Origin: Terriglobia bacterium
GTDB lineage: Bacteria > Acidobacteriota > Terriglobia > Terriglobales > Acidobacteriaceae
Length of the DNA: 64,000 nucleotides
Assembly (NCBI GenBank): GCA_020073565.1
Contig: JAIQEY010000018.1
Span: 36,431 to 100,430, forward strand
Reading direction: 5' to 3'
Below the pieces are notes generated by a model that was given only the letters and a program-made list of their open reading frames with translations, made no database searches and was not told the origin of the DNA. Shown here in pieces: positions 27,872-37,271 of the stretch. Both the position numbers and the translations under genes were made by a program. How positions within the stretch are numbered: the stretch's first letter is position 1; each line of letters opens with the position of its first letter.

Positions 27872-28354
27872 CTATGCGACGCCCAGGCGGCGCGTCAGGT
27901 CCTTGGCCAGAAAGCCGAACCGGTACAAATAGTTCAAATTGCCATCAACATCCACCGTGTTCTTAAGGATCGAATCCAGAATGTCCTGGTTTTCCGACAG
28001 CAGGAACGACCACAGCGCGTGCGCGTCCTGATAAGAGACTCGGACGTTGTAGGTGGAGCGCGCCTGGTCTTCTATGCTCATATGGCTATCCTCGAAGACG
28101 GCGGTGGTGGCCACTTTGTTGTCGAGCGTACGAAACACGCAGACGCCGCGGAAACCCTCGATGTTGCGCCGATAGCTGCCCGACAACAGGAAAGCCCAAT
28201 CCATTCCCCGCAGCAGGGCTTCCAGGAAATCGTCTGTCATCTTCTCATACAGTTCGGCTTTGAGTTGCCGGGCGAACCGGTCCACGAGAAAGTTCTGGAT
28301 TGGCCCCGGAAAGCCCCGGGACGCGAGCTGCAACGCTGATCGTCTAGTGGTCAT
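27872..28354 (-). CDS. Hypothetical 160-aa protein, possibly an SCP2-like lipid-carrier fold
   Basis: Start overlaps the GRE stop (ATGACCACTAG). The C-terminal ...YQDAHALWSFLLSENQDILDSILKNTVDVDGNLNYLYRFGFL resembles the SCP2 C-terminal pattern (weak, by eye). Confidence 0.5.
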   Translation of the reverse strand: MTTRRSALQLASRGFPGPIQNFLVDRFARQLKAELYEKMTDDFLEALLRGMDWAFLLSGSYRRNIEGFRGVCVFRTLDNKVATTAVFEDSHMSIEDQARSTYNVRVSYQDAHALWSFLLSENQDILDSILKNTVDVDGNLNYLYRFGFLAKDLTRRLGVA

Positions 28355-30890
28355 GGTCGGCTCCTTTCGTCAGCGCGAACGGTTCGTAGGGAACAGCGTC
28401 GCCGCTGGAAAGCCGGTATTCGGTGCGATCAATGATCTCTTTCTGCATCTGCGGATTGAGGTCTTTGAAATACGCGGTGTAGCCGGAGACTCGCACCAAC
28501 AATTGATCGTAGCGACTCGGATCGTTCACCGCCTCGATGAAGTCGCGGTGCGAAGTGACATTGAACTGGATCTCCATGCCACCTGTCCCGTGGTCCGCGG
28601 ACGCGTCAAAGTATCCGGCAACCGCAGCCGTAAAATTGTCCAACATGCGCGTGCGATCACCATCGTCGGGAGTGAACTTCAGGTTCACCGCCATTCCGTT
28701 CGATATGCATTCCGCCGGCAAGTTGGCCACCGCATGCAGGGTGGCGGTCATGTGGGGTGTCACGCCCGAGCAGGGTGTCAGCCCACTGGAGAAGTTCTCG
28801 CCGTCCTTGCGGCCGTTCGGGGTGGCGCCGATGAAGCGGCCAAAGCCGGCGTGATTGGTCATCGACCAGTAGCCCACGCGGTAGTAGCCACCGCGATAGT
28901 TGCGGCGGGTGTACATGGCTTCGTGCAAAATCTCGGTCAGCCAGATTGCGTTCTTTTCCGCGTTGACTTCGTCGGCCCCGAAGCGCGGCACTTTCTCCGG
29001 ATTTCGCACACGCGCCAGAAGCGCTTCGTAGCCCTCGTAGTTCCTGATAATTGCCTGGAACAGAGTGCTGTCGGATGGCTGTTGCCCGTAAACCAACTTC
29101 TCGATGACGTTCAGCGAATCAACCACGTCAGCAAACCCGATGATTGCAATCCCTGACGCATTAAGGGTGGCGCCACCTTCAATCAAGTCTTTGCCGCTTT
29201 CCATTGGACCTTCAAACAAAGCAGACAAAATGGGCGTTGGGTAGAACTGTTGGTGGACACGTCCAAACAACTCGTTCAGCGCGATGGCTTGGTCGAGCAC
29301 CCAGTGCAGTTGCAGGTTGAAGGCTCCCTGAAACTCCGCAAAGGACTGAAACGTGGAGGGGTCTCCGGTTTCCATGCTGATGATGTTGTCCAGCCCGAAA
29401 TGCCGGTGCCGTCCGTTGAAGAGTGCCAGTTCAAGCGCGGATGGCAGGTTCAACAGGATTGCTCCGGAGTGGCCATAGAAACGGCCGTTGCTGCCGGGCT
29501 CGACGCATCCAATCACTCCATAGTCGCGGGCTTGAGCCAGCGTGTGTCCGCTGGCGGTCAGGGAGCGGATGACCGCACGGTCGTTATGCAAAGCGGGTGT
29601 CGCACCGGTATTCACATTGGCTTCGCACAGCCGGCGCAGGTAGTCTTTCTCATTCACGCCCGGGTAGTAGCGCGCATTGAGGTTGGGATCGCGAAGCTTC
29701 ATCAGTTCGATCGCCCGCAACATGACATAGGTGAGTTCGTTGACCGCATCGTGGCCCTCGCTGTCCACTCCGCCAATGGTGATGGCTTGGTTCGAGCCGG
29801 TTCCGCCGAAAAGCTGCTCGCCGGCGGCGGGCACCATGGGAACGTGGTCACCGATCTTGAGCCAGACATAACCGAGCAGTTGTACGGCTTCCTCCACGGT
29901 CATGCGCTGGGTTTCGATGTCGCGGCGATAGAGATCGTAGAGAATCTGGTCGAGGCGGCCCAGGCTCAAGCCGACATTCGGATTCTCCAGGTGAATCGCG
30001 GTCCAGCAGAGCCAGATCGTAGTCAGTCCTTCACGGAACGTCCGCGCCGGTTGCTCGGGGACGCGGCTATAGATCTGCGCGATCTGTGTCAGGTCAGTTT
30101 TTTGCTTCGCATCCGTCGCGCGCGTGGCCATTCCCGCTGCTGCATCGGCCAGGTTATGAGCGTAGGCGATGATGCCCTCCAGCACCTCGGCCATCGCTTG
30201 ATAAAAGTCCTTTTGGCGCTGGTTAGTAGAGCGCTCCTGTCGTTCCAGTGCATCATTGATAATCGCACGCAAGCCTTCTCGCACCGCGCGGGAGAAGTCC
30301 GGAATAGTGTGCGAAATGCAATTGGGCTTGCTGGCCAGGAAGAACACGAACTTCTGAAGAAGCTGCATCCGCTGCCGGTCTTCTTCGGTGCCGCGCGCTC
30401 GCGCCAACTCGGTGATGTTGTGATCCATCCAGTGCGGGAAGACCTCGAGATTCAGGATGCGAATCTCCTCTTCACTGATGTAGTACGGATTGCTCTGCCG
30501 GCGCGACATTGTCCACAGTTCCGGCCACAGCGCCAGTGCCATGAACTCCGGATACAGCGGCACTCCCTTGAACTTGGACGTGGTCGACCCGGCAAAGGGT
30601 GAACTGTCGTCGAAGGAGAACTCTTCCAGGCCAGCGGCGGTTCGCATGTGCCCATGCCGGTGCCATACAACGGGAGTCCGGTGTTCCAGTACTCTTCTGT
30701 AGAGGCGTGCCTTCTCCAATGAAGTAATCCGTTCGCGCTCGAACAAGCCCGCTTCGGCGCTGAACTGAGTAATCAAGCGCGGACGCTCGACGCAGACCTC
30801 CGGGACAGCCCGAAAATAGGCCTCGCGCAGGCTTTGGAGAGCAGGGGCAAGCGCTATCTCTTGTAGCGAGAGATCTTGAACTGTAACCAT
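28344..30890 (-). CDS. Glycyl radical enzyme, PFL-fold, 1,2-eliminase/dehydratase-like active site; substrate unknown
   Basis: C-terminal glycyl radical motif LLVRVSGYTAYF. Thiyl loop VIGCVEPGS (Cys-x-Glu). 848 aa. GGAGG RBS. Confidence 0.9.
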   Translation of the reverse strand: MVTVQDLSLQEIALAPALQSLREAYFRAVPEVCVERPRLITQFSAEAGLFERERITSLEKARLYRRVLEHRTPVVWHRHGHMRTAAGLEEFSFDDSSPFAGSTTSKFKGVPLYPEFMALALWPELWTMSRRQSNPYYISEEEIRILNLEVFPHWMDHNITELARARGTEEDRQRMQLLQKFVFFLASKPNCISHTIPDFSRAVREGLRAIINDALERQERSTNQRQKDFYQAMAEVLEGIIAYAHNLADAAAGMATRATDAKQKTDLTQIAQIYSRVPEQPARTFREGLTTIWLCWTAIHLENPNVGLSLGRLDQILYDLYRRDIETQRMTVEEAVQLLGYVWLKIGDHVPMVPAAGEQLFGGTGSNQAITIGGVDSEGHDAVNELTYVMLRAIELMKLRDPNLNARYYPGVNEKDYLRRLCEANVNTGATPALHNDRAVIRSLTASGHTLAQARDYGVIGCVEPGSNGRFYGHSGAILLNLPSALELALFNGRHRHFGLDNIISMETGDPSTFQSFAEFQGAFNLQLHWVLDQAIALNELFGRVHQQFYPTPILSALFEGPMESGKDLIEGGATLNASGIAIIGFADVVDSLNVIEKLVYGQQPSDSTLFQAIIRNYEGYEALLARVRNPEKVPRFGADEVNAEKNAIWLTEILHEAMYTRRNYRGGYYRVGYWSMTNHAGFGRFIGATPNGRKDGENFSSGLTPCSGVTPHMTATLHAVANLPAECISNGMAVNLKFTPDDGDRTRMLDNFTAAVAGYFDASADHGTGGMEIQFNVTSHRDFIEAVNDPSRYDQLLVRVSGYTAYFKDLNPQMQKEIIDRTEYRLSSGDAVPYEPFALTKGADHDH

Positions 30891-31357
30891 CTCAACCTCC
30901 TTCTACTATTGCGGCTGGCGAGATGCCCAGTTGAGGCGCCGGACTTGGGCATTTCGATCAGCTGTCTCGGATTCTGGCGACCTGCCGAGGATGGCAGGTT
31001 CTTCTTGTTGCAGCCGTCTTCGACCGCACCAGGCAAAAAGCTGTGCGAAGGCAAGCGCAGCCGGGATATCCATCTGGACCATAGCCAGTCCTCCCAACCG
31101 CGAGTCGGATGATTCGATTCTAGTGCGAAGTTGAAGGGGCAGCGCTGGTTTCTAGTTCTGGGTGAAGAAATCGCCACCACAACTTTCCCGAAATGGAACT
31201 CCCCCGGAAGCTCAAAACCAGATAGTTCCGTCTCAGGGAGAACGCTTCCTGACCAGCCGAACGCTGGCCAACGGGCCGTAGTATTGCAGCCGCGAGCAGT
31301 TGCGCCTCTTCGAGTCGAATCCGGCGTGACCAACGCATGACTGCGCCAGAGAACTCG

Positions 31358-31431
31358 CGACCCCGGAGGGAGTCGAACCCCCAACCCTCAGATCCGAAGT
31401 CTGATGCTCTATCCAATTGAGCTACGGGGCC
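31358..31431 (-). tRNA. tRNA-Arg (anticodon UCG)
   Basis: Reverse complement GGCCCCGTAGCTCAATTGGATAGAGC-ATCAGA-CTTCGGA-TCTGA...GGGGGTTCGACTCCCTC-CGGGGTC-G folds as a cloverleaf. No encoded CCA. Confidence 0.85.
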
Positions 31432-31690
31432 GATTGTTTAACTTTACCACTGATTCCCGCGACATCCCACGCGGGTCGCGACCGAGGGTTCTGGTGCAAA
31501 ACAAAACGTCCCAAACTCTTTCGAGTCGTGGGACGCCAGTTGAGCAACCCTCCCCCGAAGTCTGCTCAGAATCAGACTAATGACTTGGGCCGCGCATGGG
31601 AATGGCTCCGATGGGCCACTACACAAATGCGGGACGGCCGAACTTCCATCGGCGAGCTTCCATCCTGAAGACCTCTGTTTCCCCAGGTCA

Positions 31691-32008
31691 CTAAGTCTTC
31701 TTTTGTGCCTTCCGCCATTTAGCCCAACGCGCCTTCTGAGCTGCGACAATCCTTTTGCGCGCGGCTGGCGACATCGTGCGCCCTTTGCGTGTGCTGATCG
31801 AAATGACCTTTTCCCTCTTGATCCTTGCCCACCGAGCCCGTTGAGCGGCGGCAATGCGGGCACGACCGGCGGCGGAAATAGTCTTGGTTGCTCGATTGCC
31901 GCTCGTGCCAGTCAGCAACGAGAGTGCGCGACTGATGCTTTCGAGTTGAAGGCTGAGACGGTTGCGTTCATGTTCCAAATCTTTGAGTACCGAGGTGAGT
32001 TGAGCCAT
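31691..32008 (-). CDS. Small basic protein with N-terminal coiled coil and two tandem A-A-x-R-x-R-I-x-A-A-Q-x-A-R-W-A repeats
   Basis: ISAAGRARIAAAQRARWARIKRE and MSPAARKRIVAAQKARWAKWRKA. 105 aa. Confidence 0.5.
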   Translation of the reverse strand: MAQLTSVLKDLEHERNRLSLQLESISRALSLLTGTSGNRATKTISAAGRARIAAAQRARWARIKREKVISISTRKGRTMSPAARKRIVAAQKARWAKWRKAQKKT

Positions 32009-32114
32009 GAGTGGATTCTAGCAGGAGAACCGCAGGCGAAACGATCGCACCTCCCCCGTCGCGGGCCTGAGGCTCATTCGCAGCAATCACATCTGGAACT
32101 ATGAGTCCAAGACC

Positions 32115-34373
32115 CTAACTTGAACGTTGAAACGCCGCAAGTGCCGCCTGGCCGAGGCTGATGCCGCCGTCGTTGGGGGGAACTGCCTGGTTCGTCCAGA
32201 GGTGCAGTCCTGTGTGCTCCAGCTTAGCCTTGAGGTCTTCGAGGAGCATCTCGTTCTGAAAAACGCCCCCGGAGAACACCACCGTGTCCAGTTTTGCCGC
32301 GGCTGCCAGAGTCTTCGCCGCCTCAGCGACGCCGTGTGCGACCCCGAACTGAAACGCGCGCGCGATTTCCTCCGGATTGCGCCGACGAACTCGATCGGCG
32401 GCCACAGCCTGGAGCAGCGGACGAAAATCCAACTCTCCGTCGCGATAAGGAAACGGATATGCCTCGGTCACTGATGCGCCGCGCGCCAGATTCTCGAGCC
32501 ACATCGCCGCTTGACCTTCGAACGTGATTTCCCGTGTGAAGCCCAACAGTGCAGCCGCCGCATCAAAAAGCCTCCCCGCGGAGGTCGTCGCAAACGTCCG
32601 CACGTTCTTGTGGACCAGTTGAAGCGCCGTCTGGTAGCGGGCAGGAAAAGAAAACGGCGGGCGGGCCAGAGTAGGAAGCCCCTCCACCTGCGCGAGAAAT
32701 CCGGCAGCCGCCTGCACCGGATATTGTGCCGCCGCATCCCCGCCCGGCAGTGCAGCTGGCCTCAAGTACGCTACCCGTTCAAAGCCGGCGCGCAGGCTGC
32801 CCGTGAAAAACTCGCCGCCCCAGATGTCGCCATCGTCTCCATAGCCGGTACCGTCGAAACTGACTCCTAGAACTTGTTTGTCCCACTCGCCGCGCTCGGC
32901 CAGCGCCGACGCCACGTGAGCCCGGTGATGTTGGACAGCTTGTTTTTCCGAAGACGGCAATGTCAACGCATGGACTGTCGAGCGGTATTCAGGGTGGGCA
33001 TCATGAACCACCAGCACATCCTGCCAGGTGACCTCATACATCGCCATGAGATCGCGAATCGTTTCCTCAAAAGCGCGGAATGCCTCATAGTGCTCGAGGT
33101 CACCGACGAACTGACTCACAAACGCCTGCCCCTGAACCACGAGCGTGACCGTGTTCTTCAGATCCGCTCCGACGGCGAGAATCGGCCGTGTCACCGGAAG
33201 CGCAGTCACAGCGCCGGGCGCGTAGCCGCGCGAGCGCCGCAGAATGACCGGTCCAAACGTTCCAGCCCGCGCTACGGAATCCTCCACGCGGCGGGCGATG
33301 GGACGCTCTCCGATCAGGAACGCATCGGCGATCCCAGAAAGTCGCTCGATCGCATCCTGATCGTCATAAGCAATCGGTTCGCTGGAGCGATTCGCGCTGG
33401 TCATCACGAGAATATCGGGCGCGCCCGCGTCAAACAGCATGTGCTGCAACGGCGTATAGGGCAGCATGATCCCGAGTTCGCGATTGTCGGGAGCGACGCG
33501 GGCCAACTCCACCTTAGCGGGTGCCAGAACGATAGGTCGTGCAACCGAAATAAGCAGCGCCTCCGAAGTTTCCGAAAGGTCCACCAGGGCGCGGGCGGCG
33601 GCAACATCGTTCACCATTACGGCGAATGGTTTTTCCTTGCGAAACTTACGCTCGCGCATGGCGCTCACGGCGTTCGTATTGCGCGCGTCACAGGCCAGGT
33701 GATATCCGCCGAGCCCTTTCACGGCAACGATCTGTCCTGACTTCAGGAGTTCGACCGCGCTGCGGATCACCTGCGGGTCGCCAGAAATGGTTTCAGCACC
33801 AACCCGCAGGGAGTAATGCGGCCCGCACTTGGGACAAGCCACCGGTTGTGCATGAAACCGCCGGTTGGCCGGATCGTGATATTCGCGATCGCAGTATTCA
33901 TCGAAGGGCCACGCCTTCATCGTCGTATTCGGGCGATCGTAGGGCAGGGCGAGAATGACGGTGTAGCGCGGTCCGCAATTGGTGCAGTTGATATAGGGAT
34001 ACTCGAAACGGCGATTCACGGGATCCTTGAGTTCCCGCAGACAGTCGTCGCACACCGGCAGGTCGGGCGAGATGCGCACGGTAGGACGTTCGTTGCGTTC
34101 GCTTGCTTTGATGACGAATTCCTGAAACCCAAGAACCTCAACCCCCTGAACCTCCACGGCGGTAATGCGGGAAGCGGGCGGGGCGCCGCTCTTCAGCAAG
34201 CGCTGGAATTCTTCCAGGGCGGGCTCCGGTCCCTCCAAGTGGATCTCGACACCGTCTTCTCCATTCAGGACCCATCCGCATAAGTGGAGTTCGCGTGCGA
34301 TCCGATAGACAAACGGGCGAAACCCCACGCCCTGCACGACTCCGCGAACCTTGATCAAGCAAGCACTCGACAT
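32115..34373 (-). CDS. hypF: [NiFe]-hydrogenase maturation carbamoyltransferase HypF
   Basis: Acylphosphatase N-terminus (VRGVVQGVGFRPFVYRIA). Two zinc fingers (CDDCLREL...CTNCGPRYT; CPKCGPHYS). YrdC-like and Kae1-like C-terminal domains. Confidence 0.9.
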   Translation of the reverse strand: MSSACLIKVRGVVQGVGFRPFVYRIARELHLCGWVLNGEDGVEIHLEGPEPALEEFQRLLKSGAPPASRITAVEVQGVEVLGFQEFVIKASERNERPTVRISPDLPVCDDCLRELKDPVNRRFEYPYINCTNCGPRYTVILALPYDRPNTTMKAWPFDEYCDREYHDPANRRFHAQPVACPKCGPHYSLRVGAETISGDPQVIRSAVELLKSGQIVAVKGLGGYHLACDARNTNAVSAMRERKFRKEKPFAVMVNDVAAARALVDLSETSEALLISVARPIVLAPAKVELARVAPDNRELGIMLPYTPLQHMLFDAGAPDILVMTSANRSSEPIAYDDQDAIERLSGIADAFLIGERPIARRVEDSVARAGTFGPVILRRSRGYAPGAVTALPVTRPILAVGADLKNTVTLVVQGQAFVSQFVGDLEHYEAFRAFEETIRDLMAMYEVTWQDVLVVHDAHPEYRSTVHALTLPSSEKQAVQHHRAHVASALAERGEWDKQVLGVSFDGTGYGDDGDIWGGEFFTGSLRAGFERVAYLRPAALPGGDAAAQYPVQAAAGFLAQVEGLPTLARPPFSFPARYQTALQLVHKNVRTFATTSAGRLFDAAAALLGFTREITFEGQAAMWLENLARGASVTEAYPFPYRDGELDFRPLLQAVAADRVRRRNPEEIARAFQFGVAHGVAEAAKTLAAAAKLDTVVFSGGVFQNEMLLEDLKAKLEHTGLHLWTNQAVPPNDGGISLGQAALAAFQRSS

Positions 34374-34478
34374 CGGTGAAATCTGGTACCTACTCAGATT
34401 ACCGATAAGTTAAACACAATGGATTCGGAGGCGTCATTTTGGTCGCGATTGTACTTCGCCTGCTAAGCTCGTTTCTGC

Positions 34479-35642
34479 GTGGATCGCCCATACGACGCTA
34501 TTATTCTCGGAGCCGGGGCTGCCGGCCTGATGTGTGCCATCGAAGGTGGCAAGCGGGGCCGGAGAGTGCTCGTGCTGGAACGCGCGGATCGAATTGGCAA
34601 GAAGATCCTGATCTCGGGCGGAGGTCGCTGCAATTTCACCAACCGGCATGCGGAACCGGAAAATTTCCTCTCCTCCAATGTCCACTTTGCGAAGTCCGCG
34701 TTGGCCCGCTACACGCCGGCGGACTTTGTGCGCCTGGTCGAGAAACACGGCATCGCCTATCACGAAAAGAAGCTGGGCCAGTTGTTCTGCGATCGATCGG
34801 CGCAGCAGATCACAAACATGCTGGAGCAGGAATGCCGTGACGCCGGCGTCGAAATCCAGCTCAACATAAAGGTCAGCGAGGTCCGAAAAACTGGCTCCTT
34901 TACTGTGTTATCTGATTCAGCTACCTTCCATGCGTCACACTTGGTCGTGGCGACCGGCGGACTCTCGATTCCGAAAATCGGCGCGACCTCCTTCGGTTAT
35001 GACCTGGCCCGGCAATTCGGGCTGAAAGTGCACACGCCGCGCCCGGCGCTGGTCCCTCTTGTTTTTGGCGAATTCGACCGGAAACGGTGGTGTGATCTGG
35101 CCGGAGTTTCGTGCGAGGTCATTGCTTCAACCGAAAAGCAGTCGTTCCAGGAAAAGATGCTCTTCACCCACCGGGGGATCAGTGGCCCCGCCATCCTGCA
35201 AATCTCCACTTATTGGAACGGCAGAGCACCGATCAATCTTGACTTGGCGCCGAACCGCGATCTCAGCGTAGAGTTGCGAGGCCGGACCCAGCGCGATCCG
35301 TCGAGTTGGAAGTCGCTGCTGCGAGAGATTCTGCCTCGCCGGCTTGCCGATCGCTGGCTCGAAATCCATCCGGTCTCCGGAAACTCCGACCGCGCCTTCG
35401 CCAATGCGGAACAGCAGCTGCATTCGTGGAGTGTTGTCCCCGAGGGGACCGAAGGCTACGGAAAGGCCGAGGTCACTGCCGGGGGCGTAGATCCTGATGA
35501 GCTTTCTGCCAAGACCATGGAAAGCCGAAAAGTGCCCGGCCTGTTCTTCATCGGAGAGGTGGTGGACGTCACCGGCCAATTGGGCGGATTCAATTTTCAG
35601 TGGGCATGGGCTTCCGGGTTCTCCGCCGGGATGGCAATCTAA
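34479..35642 (+). CDS. HI0933/BaiN-family FAD-dependent flavoprotein
   Basis: YDAIILGAGAAGLMCA dinucleotide fold, ISGGGRCNFTN, GEVVDVTGQLGGFNFQWAWASG are typical of the family. Confidence 0.85.
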   Translation: MDRPYDAIILGAGAAGLMCAIEGGKRGRRVLVLERADRIGKKILISGGGRCNFTNRHAEPENFLSSNVHFAKSALARYTPADFVRLVEKHGIAYHEKKLGQLFCDRSAQQITNMLEQECRDAGVEIQLNIKVSEVRKTGSFTVLSDSATFHASHLVVATGGLSIPKIGATSFGYDLARQFGLKVHTPRPALVPLVFGEFDRKRWCDLAGVSCEVIASTEKQSFQEKMLFTHRGISGPAILQISTYWNGRAPINLDLAPNRDLSVELRGRTQRDPSSWKSLLREILPRRLADRWLEIHPVSGNSDRAFANAEQQLHSWSVVPEGTEGYGKAEVTAGGVDPDELSAKTMESRKVPGLFFIGEVVDVTGQLGGFNFQWAWASGFSAGMAI

Positions 35643-35794
35643 CGATCGGGATCAAAACAAATCGGGCACCGAGGGAACAGGTTCGAACCCAGGTGCCCGC
35701 GCCAACTGCTCAATCTCACACTCGATTGGGAGGTGAAGATTCTTGGACCTACGTTGAAACTTCAAAATCGAGACGCAGCACCGTGACCGCCGCG

Positions 35795-36352
35795 CTAGAT
35801 TTCCGCGCCTTCCTGCATGAAGCTCATTCGCGCCAGAATCTGAGCGGCTTGTTCCAGTTGTTTCAGATCATCTCCCGTAAAGTCCGCGCCCGCCAGTGAA
35901 ATATCCACACCTTTCCGTGACACTTGCACCACTCCCAAAATCTTCCCCTCTGAACTTGCCAGTGGAACCGACATGATTTTCTGGATGGGCATCTGCCGAG
36001 AAGTGTCGTCTTCAGCGCTGCCCAGCTTGACCGATTCGAACAGGCTCACATGTTTTACACGAGAGAAGGCATTCGAAAGTAACGAAGTACCCGTGGCCGC
36101 CGTCCGGGCAGCGACTGCGGAACCTGATAGCGGGAGCACGCCGGCGGCCCGCAGTTCGCCTGGAAACACAAATCGCAGGCTATTCTTTTCCAGCCGTAAC
36201 AGTGCGACCTCGTTGCGATGCACGCGCAGGATCTGGGCCAACTTCTGGCATACTCTGTCGACACTGGGAGATTCAGGAAGCATCCGCTCCAGATCGTTCA
36301 GCGTTGCCTTGGCGGGCTGCGCACCAGCACCTTGTTGGCCGTGAGATGACAT
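35795..36352 (-). CDS. GAF-domain protein
   Basis: GAF-like pattern through ...LPLSGSAVAARTAATG...MSVPLASSEGKILGVVQVSRK. ATG 36352 chosen inside the longer ORF. Confidence 0.6.
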   Translation of the reverse strand: MSSHGQQGAGAQPAKATLNDLERMLPESPSVDRVCQKLAQILRVHRNEVALLRLEKNSLRFVFPGELRAAGVLPLSGSAVAARTAATGTSLLSNAFSRVKHVSLFESVKLGSAEDDTSRQMPIQKIMSVPLASSEGKILGVVQVSRKGVDISLAGADFTGDDLKQLEQAAQILARMSFMQEGAEI

Positions 36353-36649
36353 AGATTGGGCCGGATGGCCAGCACTTATCCTGAGGGCGGAGGAACTCTT
36401 CCACAAGTTACCAGAGTACTTTCGTCCACCCCTCAAAAGAGGACGGCTCAGTCATGGCGCTGGCGTTCAACTCGTGACAAACTTTATGCGTCAGAAGTAT
36501 TTTCTTCGCCATCTTCTGCAATTCCACCGCGGAACGAGTTATATTGGACACATCGCCACAGAGTCGGGGACCTGCTATTCGGCAACGTACTTGTCGTTCC
36601 TCCAACTGTAAGACCCTGGTTGGAATTCGGTATCTGTAAGGAGCACTGC

Positions 36650-36907
36650 ATGATTCGCAAAACCAATGGAAATGGCACCCCAAGCCGCCGAAAGAAGGCG
36701 GAAGCATCCATAGTAGAACCACCCTCGAGCCAGGTTCTTCCCGAAGTTCGCAAGAATGCGAAGACCCGCGATCTGGATGAAGAGATCCGGCGCCGCGCCT
36801 ACGAGATCTACCTGGAGCGCCAGGGCGCTGCGGGCAACGAGCACCAGGACTGGCTGCTTGCGGAGCGCGAAATCCGGGCGCGTGGCCAACGAGGATACTC
36901 TGCCTAA
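36650..36907 (+). CDS. DUF2934-family small protein
   Basis: AAGGAG RBS. EIRRRAYEIYLERQGAAGNEHQDWLLAEREI is the DUF2934 signature. Confidence 0.65.
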   Translation: MIRKTNGNGTPSRRKKAEASIVEPPSSQVLPEVRKNAKTRDLDEEIRRRAYEIYLERQGAAGNEHQDWLLAEREIRARGQRGYSA

Positions 36908-37112
36908 GGGGAGCGTGCCCCAGGGCACGGCAACAACGGAATCACTTGCAGGCATGTACCGTGCTTGCAGCAACAGGTGTGCTACGACCAACCGCGCCAG
37001 CAGGTCGTGCGTTTGTCATGCGCTGCCGCTCGGCCGTCTCGAACGGTAGGTACCGTTTCGCGGAGAACCAGGCAGCCAGATTTTCGGTCGCGATCTGCTC
37101 TGTTCGACTCAG

Positions 37113-37149
37113 ACAAAAATACCCTGGCAGCTTTTGGCTTTGCCAGGGT
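37113..37149 (-). terminator. Probable rho-independent terminator downstream of the CRTAC1-like gene
   Basis: Minus strand: ccctggca-aagccaaaagc-tgccaggg followed by tattttt. About 120 nt after the stop. Confidence 0.5.
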
Positions 37150-37271
37150 GCAACTTCGTTCCGGCACTACGTCAGTGCCGGTTGAAGCAGGTTTCAAGCG
37201 GAGTTTGATGAGAACCAAACGATGGCCAGAATCTAACGGCATGGCGGAATCGTGGCAATACCAGAAAACTA

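Noticed and set aside
29250-30602. 450-aa plus-strand ORF
   Set aside because: It is antisense to the glycyl radical enzyme. A shadow ORF.
30854-31416. ORFs 30854..31384 and 31120..31416 (minus)
   Set aside because: They overlap the tRNA-Arg gene and the GRE start, and have no RBS or motif.
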